The notes under the pieces: generated by a model
What the model was told of the DNA's origin: nothing
The model's database searches: none
The model's input: only the letters and a program-made list of their open reading frames with translations
Assembly: GCA_964016885.1 (NCBI GenBank)
Contig: OZ024742.1
Coordinates: 197,408,001-197,472,000 of the forward strand
DNA from: Eledone cirrhosa
Lineage: Eukaryota
Length of the DNA: 64,000 nucleotides
Reading direction: 5' to 3'
Part shown: piece after piece, positions 62,355 to 64,000 of the stretch
Position numbering within the stretch: the stretch's first letter is position 1
How the letters are laid out: every line of letters starts with the position of its first letter
Program-made: the position numbers and the translations under genes

Positions 62355-64000
62355 TTACAGATATATACTCAGAGTAGGCCCATTCACTCGGGCCATTCTT
62401 GCTTCTCTCACCCATCTTTCAACAAAATGCTGGGAAGAGAGCACTTCCCTCTCTACTCTGATTTTCCTTTTCAAATGAAATTTGAAAAAGTCAATCAGAG
62501 CATCACCGAAGAGGTAAGTGCTCGTCTTCAGCCCTTTCAAACGTGTCCACCATACTATCTCTTTCGCCATGGCCACCAGACAGATAAAAACTGCCTGCCC
62601 TTCCCGGCTAAAGGAGGAGGGCGGGGCAATCCTCACGATGGACTCAGCTGATAGCCGGATCCGACCTAAACGCGACAGCAGGTGTTCGACATAAACCCAC
62701 AAGTCAGCAATTTTCGGACACTGGACGAGTGCATGCAGGACGGTTTCGTCGCCCTGCGCGCATCTCGGACATGCCCGACTGACGGCACCTCCATGCCTGT
62801 AGAGTTTATCCCGAACTGGCAAGGCTCCTCGGTAGCACTGCCAGGCCAGAGATTTCTGGAAGTTGTCCATAGGCCCTGGCCCGAAAGTTCTTCCGAAGAG
62901 ATTGGCTAGTTGATTTTCGTCGACGCCTAGAGTTTCCCCAAGTACGTCGTCGCTCTTCCCCTCCACTAATCCTCTATAGAACGCCGAGGTGGAGTTTCCA
63001 CCGATCACATTGCCCGATTGGTCGAGGGCTGTGAGCGCCTGAAGACATTCCAGTCTCCAGGCGCTCCCTCTCGGTCTTCGCTTGACCCAGGACTGCATCT
63101 CCGTCAAGGAAACGAGCTGGGGAAATACGCGTCTAGCAAACGGCGACCACACCTGATCACCGTCGAGGAAGAGGTGGAGATGTCGTAGCCTGAGCGCGTG
63201 CCTGCGCATCATCAGCCACGGCATGCCCAGCCCTCCACGTAGCGGGTGTTGACAACAGATGGACCGCCTGACCATCGGAGCGCGTCCCTTCCACAAAAAG
63301 CGAAAGAGCAAACGCTCCAGCGCAGTCAGGCGAGGCTTAGGACAAGGTACGACGGTCAGGCGGTAGCAGATGACAGACGCGATGTACGCGTTAGCCACCT
63401 CCGCTCGACCTTTCAGGGATAGCTTCCTCTCCGCCCATTTCTGGGTGAGAGAAGCCACCCTGCTCGTCACCTCGTCCCAGTTTTTGTCCGTCTGGAGATC
63501 CGTACCGAACCAGACCCCTAGCAATTTAACCGGTCCGTCCGTCCAGCGTCCGACGACGCTGTTGGACGGCATGGAGCTGCCTCTCCAGGTGCCGAGCTGC
63601 AGGCCCACTGACTTTTCCTGGTTGATCATTGTTCCTGTCACCGCTTCGTATTCTCTTAGTGTAGTGCCGATCGCCTCGATATGTTTGGCGTTCGACACCA
63701 CTACGGTGACATCGTCCGCATATGCTGACACGGATCTTCCGCATCCTAGTTCGCGCGGGACGCCCCTCAACGTCTCCAGTTTGTGCAGTAATGGCTCGAG
63801 AGTCAATACGTACAAGAGGGACGAGAGGGGACATCCTTGGCGGACCGAGCGCATGATGTTGAACGGTTCCGAAAGGTGACCGTTCACTCTCACCACAGAG
63901 CAGATGTCGCTGTGCATGGCAGCGATCCAGCCTCTGAAGACGGGCCCAAAGCCAGCCGCCCTCAGGACTGCCGCTAGGTAACGATGGTCGACCCTATCGA
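62355..64000 (-). CDS. L1/Tx1-like LINE ORF2 (RT and C-terminal zinc-binding domain), continues beyond the window
   Basis: VRQGCPLS, AYADD, VKLLGVWF, LSLKGRA, GGLG, CPRC...ETVLHALVQC; uninterrupted frame; 3' UTR to ~62105 with AATAAA ending in (TTA)n. Confidence 0.93.
   Translation of the reverse strand, partial: DRVDHRYLAAVLRAAGFGPVFRGWIAAMHSDICSVVRVNGHLSEPFNIMRSVRQGCPLSSLLYVLTLEPLLHKLETLRGVPRELGCGRSVSAYADDVTVVVSNAKHIEAIGTTLREYEAVTGTMINQEKSVGLQLGTWRGSSMPSNSVVGRWTDGPVKLLGVWFGTDLQTDKNWDEVTSRVASLTQKWAERKLSLKGRAEVANAYIASVICYRLTVVPCPKPRLTALERLLFRFLWKGRAPMVRRSICCQHPLRGGLGMPWLMMRRHALRLRHLHLFLDGDQVWSPFARRVFPQLVSLTEMQSWVKRRPRGSAWRLECLQALTALDQSGNVIGGNSTSAFYRGLVEGKSDDVLGETLGVDENQLANLFGRTFGPGPMDNFQKSLAWQCYRGALPVRDKLYRHGGAVSRACPRCAQGDETVLHALVQCPKIADLWVYVEHLLSRLGRIRLSAESIVRIAPPSSFSREGQAVFICLVAMAKEIVWWTRLKGLKTSTYLFGDALIDFFKFHLKRKIRVEREVLSSQHFVERWVREARMARVNGPTLSIYL

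Noticed and set aside
63370-63879. Plus-strand 169-aa ORF and similar antisense ORFs over PLEs and mariner
   Set aside because: Antisense shadows of transposon coding sequence

Overview
Eukaryotic, AT-rich, repeat-saturated DNA with no recognisable host exon. The dominant tRNA-derived SINE and the (TA)n/(TG)n/(TAA)n landscape suggest a coleoid cephalopod, probably Octopus (inference). Almost all ORFs in the track are microsatellite artefacts. Real coding remnants are transposons: at least four families of Penelope-like elements (PLEs; RT and GIY-YIG), R4/Dong-like and CRE-like RLE LINE ends, L1/Tx1-like LINEs, an RTE/BovB-like LINE, a deleted mariner, a Tigger/pogo-like element, a hAT MITE and a Helitron remnant. 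The main hidden structure is about 20 recognisable minimal type-I hammerhead ribozyme motifs plus several decayed ones. They lie in PLE 3' ends, in short ORF-less (TA)n-flanked palindromic mini-elements, and in a ~660-bp tandem unit (44.4-45.75 kb) with one hammerhead per monomer, a retrozyme-like layout that could yield a circular RNA. Coordinates were read by eye and may be off by a few bases.
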